Origin: Marsupella aquatica
Lineage: Eukaryota; Plantae; Marchantiophyta
Direction of reading: 5' to 3'
Length of the DNA: 64,000 bases
Assembly (NCBI GenBank): GCA_973895155.1
Contig: OZ316895.1
Span: 19,792,803-19,856,802, forward strand
Shown here: positions 38,414 to 50,580 of the stretch, in pieces
Position numbering within the stretch: the first letter of the stretch is position 1
Layout: the number at the start of each line of letters is the position of its first letter
The notes under the pieces: model-generated
Database searches by the model: none
The model's input: the letters and a program-made list of their open reading frames with translations, nothing else
Told to the model about the DNA's origin: nothing
Made by a program: the position numbers and the translations under genes

Positions 38414-39932
38414 CTTGTATAACTGATGCAACCCGTGCATCAAATCAAATTGGTGCCCTTGTGAACTACACGACCCACAAGGGGAAGGGCCGTGGCCCAA
38501 GCCTCTTTGAACTTCATCTCCGAGATGCCAGGATGGTTGGGAATGTTAAAAATTTCTTCCCAAAGTTAAATACAGTGATGACTCAATCGAAGATGGTTGA
38601 ATATGCTTTGGGGGACCAATTCCTGGTGACTATGACACTCAACGAATGCCGACGCGAGGCAAGGTTCCAGTTGATGCTATTGCAGTAGAAGACTCTCATG
38701 GCGATGATGTCATTCTAGTAACTCGACCTAAGAAGCGGAAGTTCAAGGGGATTTCAAGCCAAGATGCAAACTTGAAAAGTACCATTCCTGACATGGTCGA
38801 CTTGTCAACCTTGTCAGACTCTCCTACAAGCTCTGGTGGATCAGATGTGGTGATTTTGGAGAGCCTAGTACAACGTGCGACAAGGTCAACACGTGTCCCT
38901 CCACCATCAACCCCAAGGAGGTCAACTCGAGTGCCTCCTCCGCCCCCAACAAGGGCAACACATGTTCCACCTCCTCCAACCCCAACAAGGTCAATACCAA
39001 GGTCACCCCTTGTTGTCCACCAACGCGGTTGGCTGAACCTTTGCATAATAGAGGCGAATAGAGACAAGTTCAGGATAGCAATGTGATGCCAGGAATGTTG
39101 TTTTTATCTTGCATCAGTCGCCATGGAAGTGGTCCCGCTTGTAGAGGTATCTTCAAAGGCACAGAACGTCCAGCATGCGATCTATACATCAAGGAGGTGG
39201 GGTTTCGTCATGCAACGTTGGGTGTGGTAGTTATGCTTATTGGCTGGGAGCAATTACAAGGATCCAAACATTCCACAAAAGTTTTGGTTTTGCCCAAACA
39301 ATGAGTGTTGCCAAAAATCCTTCATGGCATATGTTATTGAGCGGATGCCCCCACTACCAAAGAAGGTCCCAGTTGCTTGAGGAACCTATCTAACATAAGA
39401 GGAAGTTGATTTTCTCCATGTCAATGGATTGAATGTGGTACAGACCATCATTCCTGGTGATTAAATGGTGAGTCATGGCGATGTAATTGTGGACTTGAAT
39501 AGTTACCCTGAGCAGATGGATCCACTGAAGCCTGATGTTAGGCTAAGCCGGCGCAATGGCCGGCGAAGGAGATTGGTTGTGACGGCAGATGCAAAGAAAC
39601 ATATTGAGAGTGCCAAATCAGAGTTGATGAGGTTCACTTCCATGACTCAAATTGAAAAATGGAATGCAACTGGCTTACGAGTGGTACTTTCCAACACTCA
39701 TTGTGACCGCAATTCAGCCCATTGTGTACAGATATGTGTGTTCCCAACTTGCTCTTGTCAAGATTTCATCATGAGAGATACTAGAAGATACTTCTTTCCT
39801 TGCAAACACTTGTATTGGTGCTATAAAAACATTTGTGGACGAGATCTAGAGAGTGACCAAGAGATCCACTAGCCAATCTTGACACTTAGCGAGGTTCGTA
39901 AATTGGTGTCAAATGTAGCAGGCTCAGGGTGA
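38414..39932 (+). pseudogene. Mutator-family transposase, 3' part ending in a SWIM zinc finger
   Basis: SCITDATRA...GKGRGPSL; Pro-rich linker; PTCSCQDF....FPCKHLYW (CxC..CxH SWIM). Confidence 0.85.
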
Positions 39933-40029
39933 ATGCATGTCAAAGATGTTTTGGGTTTAGTGGGTAGAACAATCTACTTTTATATCCTGTCATAATAATA
40001 AATGTTCAAGATTTCAAATGATGTTGATC

Positions 40030-41000
40030 CCATCTCGGAGAGGCTCTCCGAGATTCCAATGTAGTGTGGATCCCATCTCGGAGAGGCTCTCCCAGATTCC
40101 AAGTGATGTTGATCCCATCTCGGAGAGGCTCTCCCAGATTCCAAGTGATGTTGATCCCATCTCGGAGAAGCTCTCCAAGATTTTAACCCAGTGTTTTTGG
40201 CAATCTCGGAGAGGCTCTCCGAGATTCCAACCCAGTGTTGATCCCATCTCGGAGAGGCTCTCCCAAATTCCAAGTGATGTTGATCACATCTCAGAGAGGC
40301 TCTCCAAGATTCCAAGTGATCTTGATCCCATCTCGGAGAGGCTCTCCGTGATTCCAAGTGATGTTGATCCCATCTCGGAGAAGCTCTCCAAGATTTTAAC
40401 CTAGTGTTTTTGGCAATCTCGGAGAGGCTCTCCGAGATTCCAAGTGATGTTGATCTCATCTTGGAGAGACTCTCCCAGATTCCAAGTGATGTTGATCCCA
40501 TCTCGGAGAGGCTCTCCGAGATTCCAAGTGATCTTGATCCCATCTTGGAGAGGCTCTCCAAGATTTTAACCCAGTATTTTTGGCAATCTCGGAGAGGCTC
40601 TCCGAGATTCCAACCCAGTGTTGATCCCATCTCGGAGAGGCTCTCCTAGATTCCAAGTGATGTTGATCCCATCTCGAAGAGGCTCTCCAAGATTCCAAGT
40701 GATCTTGATCCCATCTCGAAGAGACTCTCCGAGATTCCAAGTGATGTTGATCCCATCTCGGAGAAGCTCTCCGAGATTTTAACCCAGTGTTTTTGGCAAT
40801 CTCAGGGAGGCTCTCCGAGATTCCAAGTGATGTTGATCCCATCTCGAAGAGGCTCTCCAAGATTCTAACAATTGTTGGAGACATTGGTGACCAATCTCGG
40901 AGAAGCCTCTGAGATTGATACAAAATAGGACGTCAATCTTGGAGATGCCTCCGAGATTGATTAAAAAAAAGGGGTCAATCTCGGAGAGGTCTCCGAGATT
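40030..41000. repeat. Palindrome array F (right subterminal), about 23 copies at 42-44 bp period
   Basis: Unit TCCAAGTGATGTTGATCCCATCTCGGAGAGGCTCTCCGAGAT with a recurring variant spacer TTTAACCCAGTGTTTTTGGCA. Confidence 0.95.
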
Positions 41001-41019
41001 GTCCAAAAAAATGTCGGTG

Positions 41020-41060
41020 ACTGATATCAGTCACTAATAACTGATGAGATTGCTCCTCTC
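41020..41060 (-). repeat. Right TIR of the MULE
   Basis: Inverted match to 5923-5963, immediately followed by TSD ATTTAGTCA. Confidence 0.9.
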
Positions 41061-41069
41061 ATTTAGTCA

Positions 41070-41432
41070 CTCTCTATTGACTCTTAATTGTGCCTAACTT
41101 AGTCATAGATTGCTAAGTGGCAAGAGGAGAAGAGACAATTAAGGCTCGTCTAATCCTATCTTTATGCCTCTGGCTTTTGGTTGTTTTGTTATATTTTTAG
41201 AATTGATTACTGCATTGTTGACGATACAAACTTCACAATACTTGAGGATGTATTAAAAATTCCTTCCACCTGACCTAAGCATGTTGGTAAAGGCTTGAAA
41301 TCTGAGATAGGTTAGCTTAACTATCTCAAAGTATGTTAGAACAATCTTTTAGCTCTCACAAGCTCTTCACGAGAACAAACTTTGGTTGTTTAAGAGGAAA
41401 AGAGTCAATCTTTCCCTAAACCCTACTCTATA
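41070..41432. mobile_element. Solo LTR, right part
   Basis: Ends CCCTACTCTATA followed by TSD GGAGT. Confidence 0.75.
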
Positions 41433-41558
41433 GGAGTTGGGGAGTTCACCTCAAAAACCTTTGATGATTTCTGCACAATAGCAGGAATCGATGCCCAATG
41501 TCCAATACCCTACGTCCATTTCCAAAATGGCATTGTTGAATCACTCATTAAAAGACTC

Positions 41559-41892
41559 GGGTATGGCACGCATGACAGTAAACAGGAAACAAGTTTACTG
41601 GTACCAGCAAAACTTTTCCTGTAATCAGCAAAAAGTTACTGTAACTAAGAAAAATAACCATGTCAAAATATTTTCTAAAAAATCTCATTTTCCAAAAAAA
41701 ATTAAATTACAACATTTTTTGGCTAGCTTTGGGCGCTAGCATTACCAGCGTCGGGCGCTAGCCAAAAAAATGAAAAAATTGAAAAAAAACTATTTCAAAA
41801 AAATATTTCAAAAAAAATTACCACTCATTTTCCTGTTACCAATTTCTATTTTTTGTTACTGTTTGCTGTTTCCTATCATTTGTAAATACCCC
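41559..41892 (+). mobile_element. MITE family A, copy 3
   Basis: 8-bp TSD AAAGACTC at 41551-41558 and 41893-41900. Confidence 0.9.
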
Positions 41893-42413
41893 AAAGACTC
41901 CAGAGGATAGCAATCTGACCATTACTAATGTAGACACACCTCCCAAATACTGCATGGGGACGCGCTATTTTACTTGCCACGGATTTACTAAAACATAGAC
42001 CATTGGCATTCAACTCACAGTCCCCATACCACCTTGCATTTGGCCACCCAACTGATCCCATCTGAGAATATTTTGATGTCTAGTCCTTGTTCCTATTCTT
42101 GGCCCTAAGCATACAAAAATAGGCCCTTAGCAGCAGAAAGGCATATACATAGGAGTAGACTCACCTTCAATTATTAGGTCCTTAGAACCTACAACTGGGG
42201 ACGTCTTCAAAGTGAGATTTCAAGACTATCATTTATTTGAAGACATATTTCCACAATTAATTGCACTCAAGCATGAATCTAAAAGACCCAACAGTAGTAC
42301 ACCCTAGTTAATCTGGACAACACCAAATCCCTTCTGGAATGACCCCCATCCTAGACACTCAGACGAGGAAGTCCAACATACCCTCCACTTAACCAAAATG
42401 TTGGATAAATTCT

Positions 42414-43911
42414 TGACACCAGTGGTGGACCTACCACCCAACGCCCTCACCAATCCCAACACTCACGCCTAAGTGCCCTTGGTGCCCAAACGCCTCCACG
42501 GAATACTTTGAGCAAGCAACCTAGTGCCCCTTGCACCGCATGCGGCCCCTCCCATACAAAGCCGCACTTGCTCTCCAACACGACCGCTACTCAACGGTCC
42601 TCACTGTCTGCACAAGCAACCAAGCATCTCGGTAAGTAACCCTTCAGGATCTAGAACTGACCAAGTCTAGCATCCTAACTCAAGCTCAATAGACGTTGGT
42701 AAATAGGTCAGCGATAGGTCCTCCCGATGCCATAAGCCGGAACCAGAACCCACGCCCACTGTTTGTCCAGAATAGCTCCTTCCTTGGGCGCGGCCGGGGT
42801 TCCCCCTTGTACCTATCCATCACCAACTGACCGCCCTCACCCTAGGACATGCTCTTGGCCCAAATAGTGTAGCTTGTCTTAAAGCTTGTCCCAAGCTTGT
42901 CCCAACACGCCGGGACCAGAATGGTCCCGACCCTAGCAACCAACTCCCGGTTCTCGCCCCACTGATGGTCTAGGGGCTGAGCACCCTTGGAACTCAACCT
43001 CCACGCCTACTTGGCCTTGCCTCCCCAACGCAAGTTCCCTTGGGAGACTGAATGCGGCTTGGCTGCTGTTTGGTAGGATTTGGCAAGCAGGCGAGCTAGC
43101 ACCCGCAAACCTTGAGAACCCATGGCACCCCCAGACCCAACTGAGCTCAGGAGGTCATAGCCCTCCTTGATAGCTTTCCAACGCACCCAAGAAGTCCTCC
43201 AACGGACTTCCCGTTAAGAAGATATCGTCGTTTTTGTTTGGCGCTTTCCCTTAGTGTCGCGACTGCCGCGGCTCACGACTTCGGCTTGCCCTTGGCCCCC
43301 AGGGAGACACCACTCCCCTCATATATGCTTTTGGAGACCTGCCACCCCCAGACCAACTTTGGTCCGTAAACATTTGGCCTCCAACCCGGATCCTATCGCG
43401 CATAGTGGGCGCGCCACCAACTGGCAACACCCATAACTTTCTCGTTAGGCGTCCGCAAGCGGAGTGCCTTAGCCCGTTGTGATTGGGCCGACCTAGTGCT
43501 CATGCCTAGGCCCTACAGTCTCAGTCTCATTGCCGCTCAGGGTCCGCGATCGGCCAAACTCGGATCGGGCCCTAACTCACGCTTGAAGCGTCCGTTGCCC
43601 ATGGAGTCAACTCCATTGGCCTTGGGCCCAAGAGAAGTTCACACTCAAGCCCTCAGAACTCAAAGTCCGTCGGGGGGCTCGGACGGTCGACCTTGAGTTC
43701 GGCCCCTTTCCTCTTGACCCGACCAGCTCTGAGCTTGCCTAAGTCCTTAGTGTGTGTCACCAGCTTGGCTCCTTGCCTTTGCTAGTGCCACGTCTCATTG
43801 CTCACTAGTCTCCCCATGCTAAGTCCTCCCTAGATGGTCTATCTGGGTCTAGACCATAAGGGAGCTCGGCGTCAGAGTCAGCAACACCGGAGCTAAGTGT
43901 TAAGGTAGTCA
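42414..43911. mobile_element. GC-rich 1.5-kb insertion, probable solo LTR
   Basis: TGAC...GTCA ends; abrupt GC shift; copia coding sequence resumes on both sides (MLDKF|DYAFDAINVTH); TSD only imperfect (AATTC/AGTTC). Confidence 0.55.
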
Positions 43912-44910
43912 AGTTCCGCGACTACGCCTTTGATGCTATAAATGTCACACATACATATATAGAGGCGGGTAATGTATCAACTAGGCTGAAAATGACAAAA
44001 ACCCTAGCAGATGTACCACCTCAAACTAAAAGTGGACGTCCGACCAGATCCAAGGAGACCCATCCACGATAGAAGAGGAATTCCCTACCTGTACCAAGAA
44101 CAACTCATGGCCCGACACCTGCAACAACAATCCTCCCCGACACCTACAACAACAAACCTCCTCCCACACACAAAAAATGAAGAAATCTCAATACACTATA
44201 TGCATACGGGAAAAGTGTGGCCCCGTGGAAATGAATGAGCACTTTTCATTTTATATTTCACAAGAAATTACGAATGACACTCTAGATCCACTTACAGTTT
44301 TGGAAGCATAGAACAAAAATGATGGGCTCCAATGGGAGGAGGCTATTAACTCATAATTGGATTCACTTATAAAGAGACAAGTTTCTGGCCCAATAATCTT
44401 GGTACCACCAGATACAAACTTCACAGGATATAAGTTTACATTCGTGAGAAATGGATTAGCTACAGATACATGATTGCCTTTGCTCTCATTTGTAAATTAG
44501 TCATTCATCTTATGGACGTAGTCACGGCATACCTGTATGGTATTCTGGACACATAAATTTTTATGAAAGCCCCCCCCCCCGAGCTGATCAAGCGTGTGGC
44601 CTTCCATATTCAGGGGGAAAAAGTCCAACAACTGGCCCCAGATCTACTATCTGGTATAAAGCAAATTATTGCTATAGAGGCCTCAAAAGAGCATATCAAC
44701 AAAGCTGGACCTTTTGTCCATAAGAACTCTAGTGTGCTACACATACTGCCTAAGTCTACAACACATATGAGCATACCTGCCCACACTGAGCACGGGCAAG
44801 GTTAGAATATACATTTTGGACCTACAATCCAACAGCGCAAGAGTGTGCTACACACACCTAAAGCCCATAAAGTTAAAAAGACATTTGTTGTCCAAGTGCT
44901 CCAATCCATT

Positions 44911-47900
44911 TGTGATAACATGGCTGTAAGTAGTGGGTAATTCCAAAAGCATGAAGAAACTGAATTTTTTAAAATTTTTTACGGTGTTTAGACTACAATT
45001 ATTGCTAACTGTAACTGAAACAACATTCAAAGTTACTAAGTTCCTAAGTTACGAGTAAACTCAGTTTACGAGTTTACTAGTTCACTACTTAAGAGTTTAC
45101 GAGTTATGCCTTAAGAGTCGGCGACCCTGTGATCGTGACATCTTACGGCTAGTTCAATGGGACTCCACAACGGATGAAGAGCGCACCTTGAAAGGGAAGG
45201 AATGTAGGACATAAGTGCTCATTACTGACTTCTCTTCCACCTTACCTCTCAGACCCTTGCTGAATTCAACCGTCACTTTAAGGATGTCACTTGGAGACTT
45301 CGTCCATTCTATTCAAGAATGATGAGGACAGAAGAGTTCCTGTATCATTATCCCCAAGTATATGCTGTCACTTGCAATAATTATGACGTGATTGGGATGT
45401 ATAGAGAAGCTCTTCGAATAGACATATGTTATTTGATGAAGAGAATGCCTTTGATGTACCCTGAGAGACAACTGAGATGCCTACCTTACTCCAGAGGATC
45501 CCCACGCCAGGCTGAGCTGATGGAAGTTACTCAAGCTCAGACTGTTACCCTCGTGGAGCTACTCGAACCAGAAGACATCCGACAACAAGCTTGAGGAGTA
45601 GTCCCAAGTCTTTTTAGTTAGTTTTAAGAATAGTGCATCTTTCCCTATTTTTCAAAATGTGTTCTAGAGCTTTAAAAGCTATGAGACTTCTTTAGTATAT
45701 AGTCTATACCTAGGAAAACCTGCTGGCAAAATTTCAGAATTTTCCAAGCCAGGAGTAGAAAGTTAAAAATAGTTGAATTTGCTAAGTCTTTAAGTCTACC
45801 GCATTTACCGGATTACGCCTTTACGCTCTTACGCTTTTACGAGTTTATGTTTTTACGCTTTTAAGGGTTTATGGGTTCTTACTTAGCCATTTCCCGGATT
45901 TTCACTTACTGAATTGCTATTTTGACTTTTTGAGGAGTATGAAGAGGCATGTCTCTTCGACCCTATGACCTCTTACCCTGTAGGTTTTTACTATAAGACC
46001 TCTCCACCACTAGTGTAGTTTATGGTTAAGTTATGCATTTCTGCCTCTTCCTTGTGTTAACCTAGTTGATCATGAATCTATGAGTTCGAGATCAGGTTTA
46101 ACATTTGGAGAGACTTACCTCCTTCTTGTGTTTTTACCTATGATTATAAACACAGGAAGTAAAATTCCTTTTGTGCAAATCTTTTGAGTTGTAATGATAG
46201 ATTCCTTTTTGGTGATTCATTACAATCTCTTGAGTTCTTGAAGTTAACTCACTGAGTTTAAGTCTTATTTGAAATTGATGGATTTTTTTTCATGTTGCTT
46301 AGTACCATCTAAATGTTGAAGTAGCTACCTTTTAGATCTTATCTGAGTACCATTTAGAAAGAAAGGATAAGACGTGTTGACGACACTTTAAAAGAGTACT
46401 CTAGTAAGCATTTTAGATCTGAAAAGCAAACGTGGATTTGAATCCTTAAGTCTTTTCATTTTGACTTATGTCTAAAGGAGTAACCTTGGTCTATTCCAGA
46501 CTCCCTTAGCATACTTTGAGATTATTTTCTCTTGTGTTTTGTTAATCATTCCTTTTTCATTAATTTATGGTTACCTGATGTTGAGTTATCATCGTAAACT
46601 ACTCACCGCTGTGGAGCAATCTTCAAAATACCTTAGTAAAGTAATCAAACTTGATTACTATGTGTGGAAAACATTTTTAGTTCTTTATTATTGTTTAAAT
46701 CTATCAAACCAATCCCATCTTGTTCTTTATGGGAACGAATACCGAGTTTGAAGACCTTTAAGTGTGTTTTTGGTTCTTCATAGCAAACTACAATGGCTAT
46801 GGCCAAAGAAATTAAAAAGTGAAATTTCTCAAAATTTCTCGTGCATTACCAGGTTAATGAAGTATAATAAACCCGGAAATGACTACAAATTTTAGTTTTC
46901 AGTATGAAATCCGGAAAATGTCGGATAGCACTCTTTGTGACGTTGAAAACTTACGTTCTAGCACTAAGCGAGGAGAGACCGTTCTGGAATGAAGATTAAA
47001 ACCGTAAGTTGAGTATCCGGACGAGAACCAAAAGTTCACTCACGAGTACTTAAGGCTTTCAGTTGCCCTGCATTCCTACACCAAACCGCTGCTAGAACCG
47101 TTACTCTGAAGAAGTGCTTGAGAGGACAAAGCCGGACAAGACTGCCGTTCATAGGCATTTACTATGAGGAATTGGTTACGGGGGAAGTGGGTGATCATTT
47201 GTTTGAGTGGGGAAGAGAAGAAGTTTTCATTTTTTGGATTTTGTAGGATTTTGGATTGGGCTTAAGTTGGTTTCTTTCTTTTCATCACCTCACCATGGTG
47301 AAGAGAAAGGATCCGGATTTTTTCCCGGACAAATTTGGAACCCGGACGGTACCTAAGAGATCCACCAAGGAGCGGATGGTGATCGTGAATGAGAAGCCAC
47401 TTCGACCGGAGATACCTTCTGATTAGAGTATGAGAAATTGATTACAGAAGAACTTAGAGGCGATGAGCTGTGATAAGTTGATGGAGTTTCCATGGGGTTA
47501 CCAAAGCGCAGTGTTTGTGAGAGAGGTCCAGAATCGTGCGACCCTTACTCCAAAATTTCCGGATTCTATTAGAAGAAATCTGGAAAAGTGGACAGCGGCT
47601 GCTATTTCTTCCCTGTTGGATGTGCCATTGAAGGGAGAAGGTTTTCTGAATTTGAAGGAGAATTACGCTGACAATACTTTCATTGATGGTGAGGTTGATC
47701 CAAAAGATGGCTGCAAGGTGTCCCAGTGTTCAAATGAGGAGTTCCTTGATGTCCTTTCCTTCTTGTTACCGATCCTATCCCCTGCCAAACCACGTAGAGT
47801 TACAATCCGGATTGGGAATACTATTGCTGCTTCTTACATAGGAGAGAAGAAGATTTCCTGGGCCAAAGTGTTGGAGGAAGTGATAGCTAAGGAAGTCCGG

Positions 47901-49199
47901 AATCTTCATTTGAAGACTCCCACATCTCTTTCTTGAGTCTTGAATGATGAGGAAGCATAAGAGTATGAGAACCAGGCTATGTTAGCTCAACTCGGAGATC
48001 CGGATCGACAATAGACAAAGGAGACCGAATCAGAAGAAGAGCCAGTTGTGGAGGTTAGACCTCCCAGGACCCGGAAAAGTTTGGTGCAGTGTCCGGATCC
48101 GGACTCTATCACAAATCCAGAAATTGGCCGAAGACCGGAAAGTAGAGGAAGTCTTCCTGGTGTTACACCGAGTTTTAAGTGGATAGCTTCTACTGAGTTA
48201 GATCATGTCCGGACTTTTGTGGAGAGTGCAACCGGAAAGACCAGGCAATTGGAGGGTCTTGTAGGGAAAGTTGTTGAGGTGCTCAACTGCAAGACTCCGG
48301 TTGTCATCATTTCCACTTTGGACATGGTGATTAAAAGTCAGGCCAAGAAGAGTATTTGGGACTTGGAGGATCAGGCAATGAAGGACAAATAGAAGATTGA
48401 CACCTTAGTGGATCAGTTAGATGCTACGGAGAAGAAGTTGGAGGAACATCTTCAAATCCAAAAATTGCTGAATGCAACAGTCACCAATGTGCAGGAAGCT
48501 CTCAATGTTTTAGCCTTGGACTTGTTGGAAGGTAATTTGATTGAGAAGTACTTGTCTATTGCCAACCCAGGTACCGTTGTGCAAGTCATTGAGTGTAACA
48601 ACAGATTTGCCAAGAAGATTACAGGAGCGTTTGAGCAGATGCAAAAAGTGTTCATTGATGCAAAATCTATGATTGAACCAGTCAGAGTCTGGATTCCGAA
48701 TTCCGAATCTTCACCACCGGAACATACAGACAAGTCGGGAGTTGAAGACTCACCACCCGAATTTGAGAAGATCAAATTTTGTTTCCCTTCTGTCTCACCC
48801 TTGACTATGACCACTCCACCGAGTGCTCGGATAGATGCTCAGGATGTAGAGGCTATTGCTAGTTTAGGAACACCCACTTCACTAAAACCTGTTGATCACG
48901 TTGGTACTTAGTTTAGGTAGTTAGATAGAGTTAGTTGATGCAATAAGCATAATTCAGTTGTTTTTCAGATTAGTTAAGTTTGGATTTCCGGATCTGATTC
49001 TGATCCAAATCCGGATTTTTGTTGTGGATGGAAATCTATTTCCGGATTTGTCTTACTTTCAGTTAAGTTTAGCAGTTACAGTTTTACCATGAAACAAGGA
49101 GGTGTTTTCCTTGTGACTTTTTGGATCTTTCATTTGTGCATCTTAAGGAGGAAAACAGATCTGTTAATTGTTATTTAACATTGTGACCACTCTACCACA
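44911..49199. mobile_element. 4.3-kb TG...CA insertion resembling a solo LTR, containing a degenerate ORF
   Basis: TSD CCATT at 44906-44910 and 49200-49204; ends TGTGATA...TACCACA; no terminal direct repeat seen; splits RT at FVVQVLQSI|NGLK. Confidence 0.8.
47295..48911 (+). pseudogene. Degenerate ORF of unknown function with a coiled-coil-like C-terminal region
   Basis: ORFs 47463-47936, 48048-48392 and 48408-48911 are one frame broken by stops; ATG at 47295; related to the 172-600 fragment. Confidence 0.65.
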
Positions 49200-50580
49200 C
49201 CATTAATGGGCTTAAATAGAGCGACTGGATTGGGTATAAACAATTTAAAGCGAAAATGCTTGCTCTGAACTTCATAAATGATGATATTGCACCTTGCTTG
49301 TTCATTAAACAAGCTGGAAAGAGTTTTATGATATTGACCGTTTATTATGTCAATGACATCAATATTTTTGGAACTCCAATGTTCACTGCACAGACGATTG
49401 CCACTTTAAAGGAGTTTTTGAAATGAAAGATCTTGGAATACCAAACTATTGCTTGGGACTACAATTCGATTACTTTCTAGGTGCCCGGATACTTATCAAC
49501 AATCAATCTACACAAAGAAAATTATCAAACAGTTTAATATGCAGAATGCTCACCCAATGAGCACACCCGGGAGCACACCTATGGACCTAAGGTCTTTAGA
49601 CCCAACTAAAGACATGTTCAAGAAGCGATTGGAAACTAAACAAGTGCTTGGACTAGAGAAGCCTTACCTTACATTAATTGGAGCCCTTATGTACTTGGCA
49701 AACCAGACCCAACCGGATATCTACTTTGCTATTAGCTTGCTTGTCGCCACAGGTCCCAGCCGACACTCAAACATTGGAACGATATTAAACGTATATTCTG
49801 TTACTTACAGGGCACTATGGATATGGGGCTTTACTTCCCCAAGAACATGGTTACTATCTTGACAGGCTTTGTAGATGTCGGTTACTTGTCTGATCCCGAC
49901 GATGCCAAGTCCCAAACAGGGTATGTGTTCCCTCAGGGCAAACTGCAATTTCATGGAAGAGTTCCAAACAAACACTTACTACAACATCTTCAAACCATGC
50001 AGAAATTATTGCTCTCTGTGAGGCCAGCCAATAATGTGTTTGGTTACGTACATAGATTAATTGATCACATCTTAAGAACACAGGCCAAGAACTTATCAAG
50101 GATCTTACCACAATATATGAACCCTATGTGGACCAAATTACACAATGCTTTATTAAAGGCGATCAAGTTAAACACATAGCCCCAAAACTATTCTATACAC
50201 ATGAACAACATGGGGACAAGATCTAGGTTGAGTGGATTTCAACCAAAGACAATCGAGTAGACTTATTTACAAAACCACTACCCCCTGCTCTACATAAGGA
50301 CCATACCTATGGCATTGGCATGCGGAATTGTCTAATTTGCTCAACCAGGATGCATAACATATTTAAGATCTATAGTTTAGCAATGGGGAGCCTAGAAATT
50401 ACCATCAACAGTATTTGCTATGACATTTCATCCGACACTACAATCAATGTCATCGAGCAAGTCCAAGAAAAGAAAGGACAAAAGCAATATGGAGAAGAAT
50501 AGTTATAAAGCCTTAAGAGATAGCAATATTAAAGAGGCAGGATTGTGAGTGCCTAGCTCCATAAGCCAACACAAATTTCC

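Larger units (their letters stand above)
5923..41060. mobile_element. Large Mutator-like (MULE) DNA transposon with cargo gene and palindrome arrays; about 14.3 kb after removing nested TEs
   Basis: Exact 9-bp TSD ATTTAGTCA at 5914-5922 and 41061-41069; imperfect 41-bp TIRs starting GAG; MULE DDE and SWIM transposase inside. Confidence 0.92.

Noticed and set aside
40030-41000. CRISPR-like appearance of regularly spaced palindromic repeats (also arrays B to E)
   Set aside because: Spacers are short and themselves repeated rather than unique, no cas genes are present, and the context is a eukaryotic transposon.
39980-41006. ORFs with repeating ISERLSE / RRASPRW / LGEALRD peptides (also 11811-12357, 22264-22786, 25433-25802, 28569-29081)
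   Set aside because: Translations of the palindrome arrays, open in several frames on both strands and lying in introns or subtermini.
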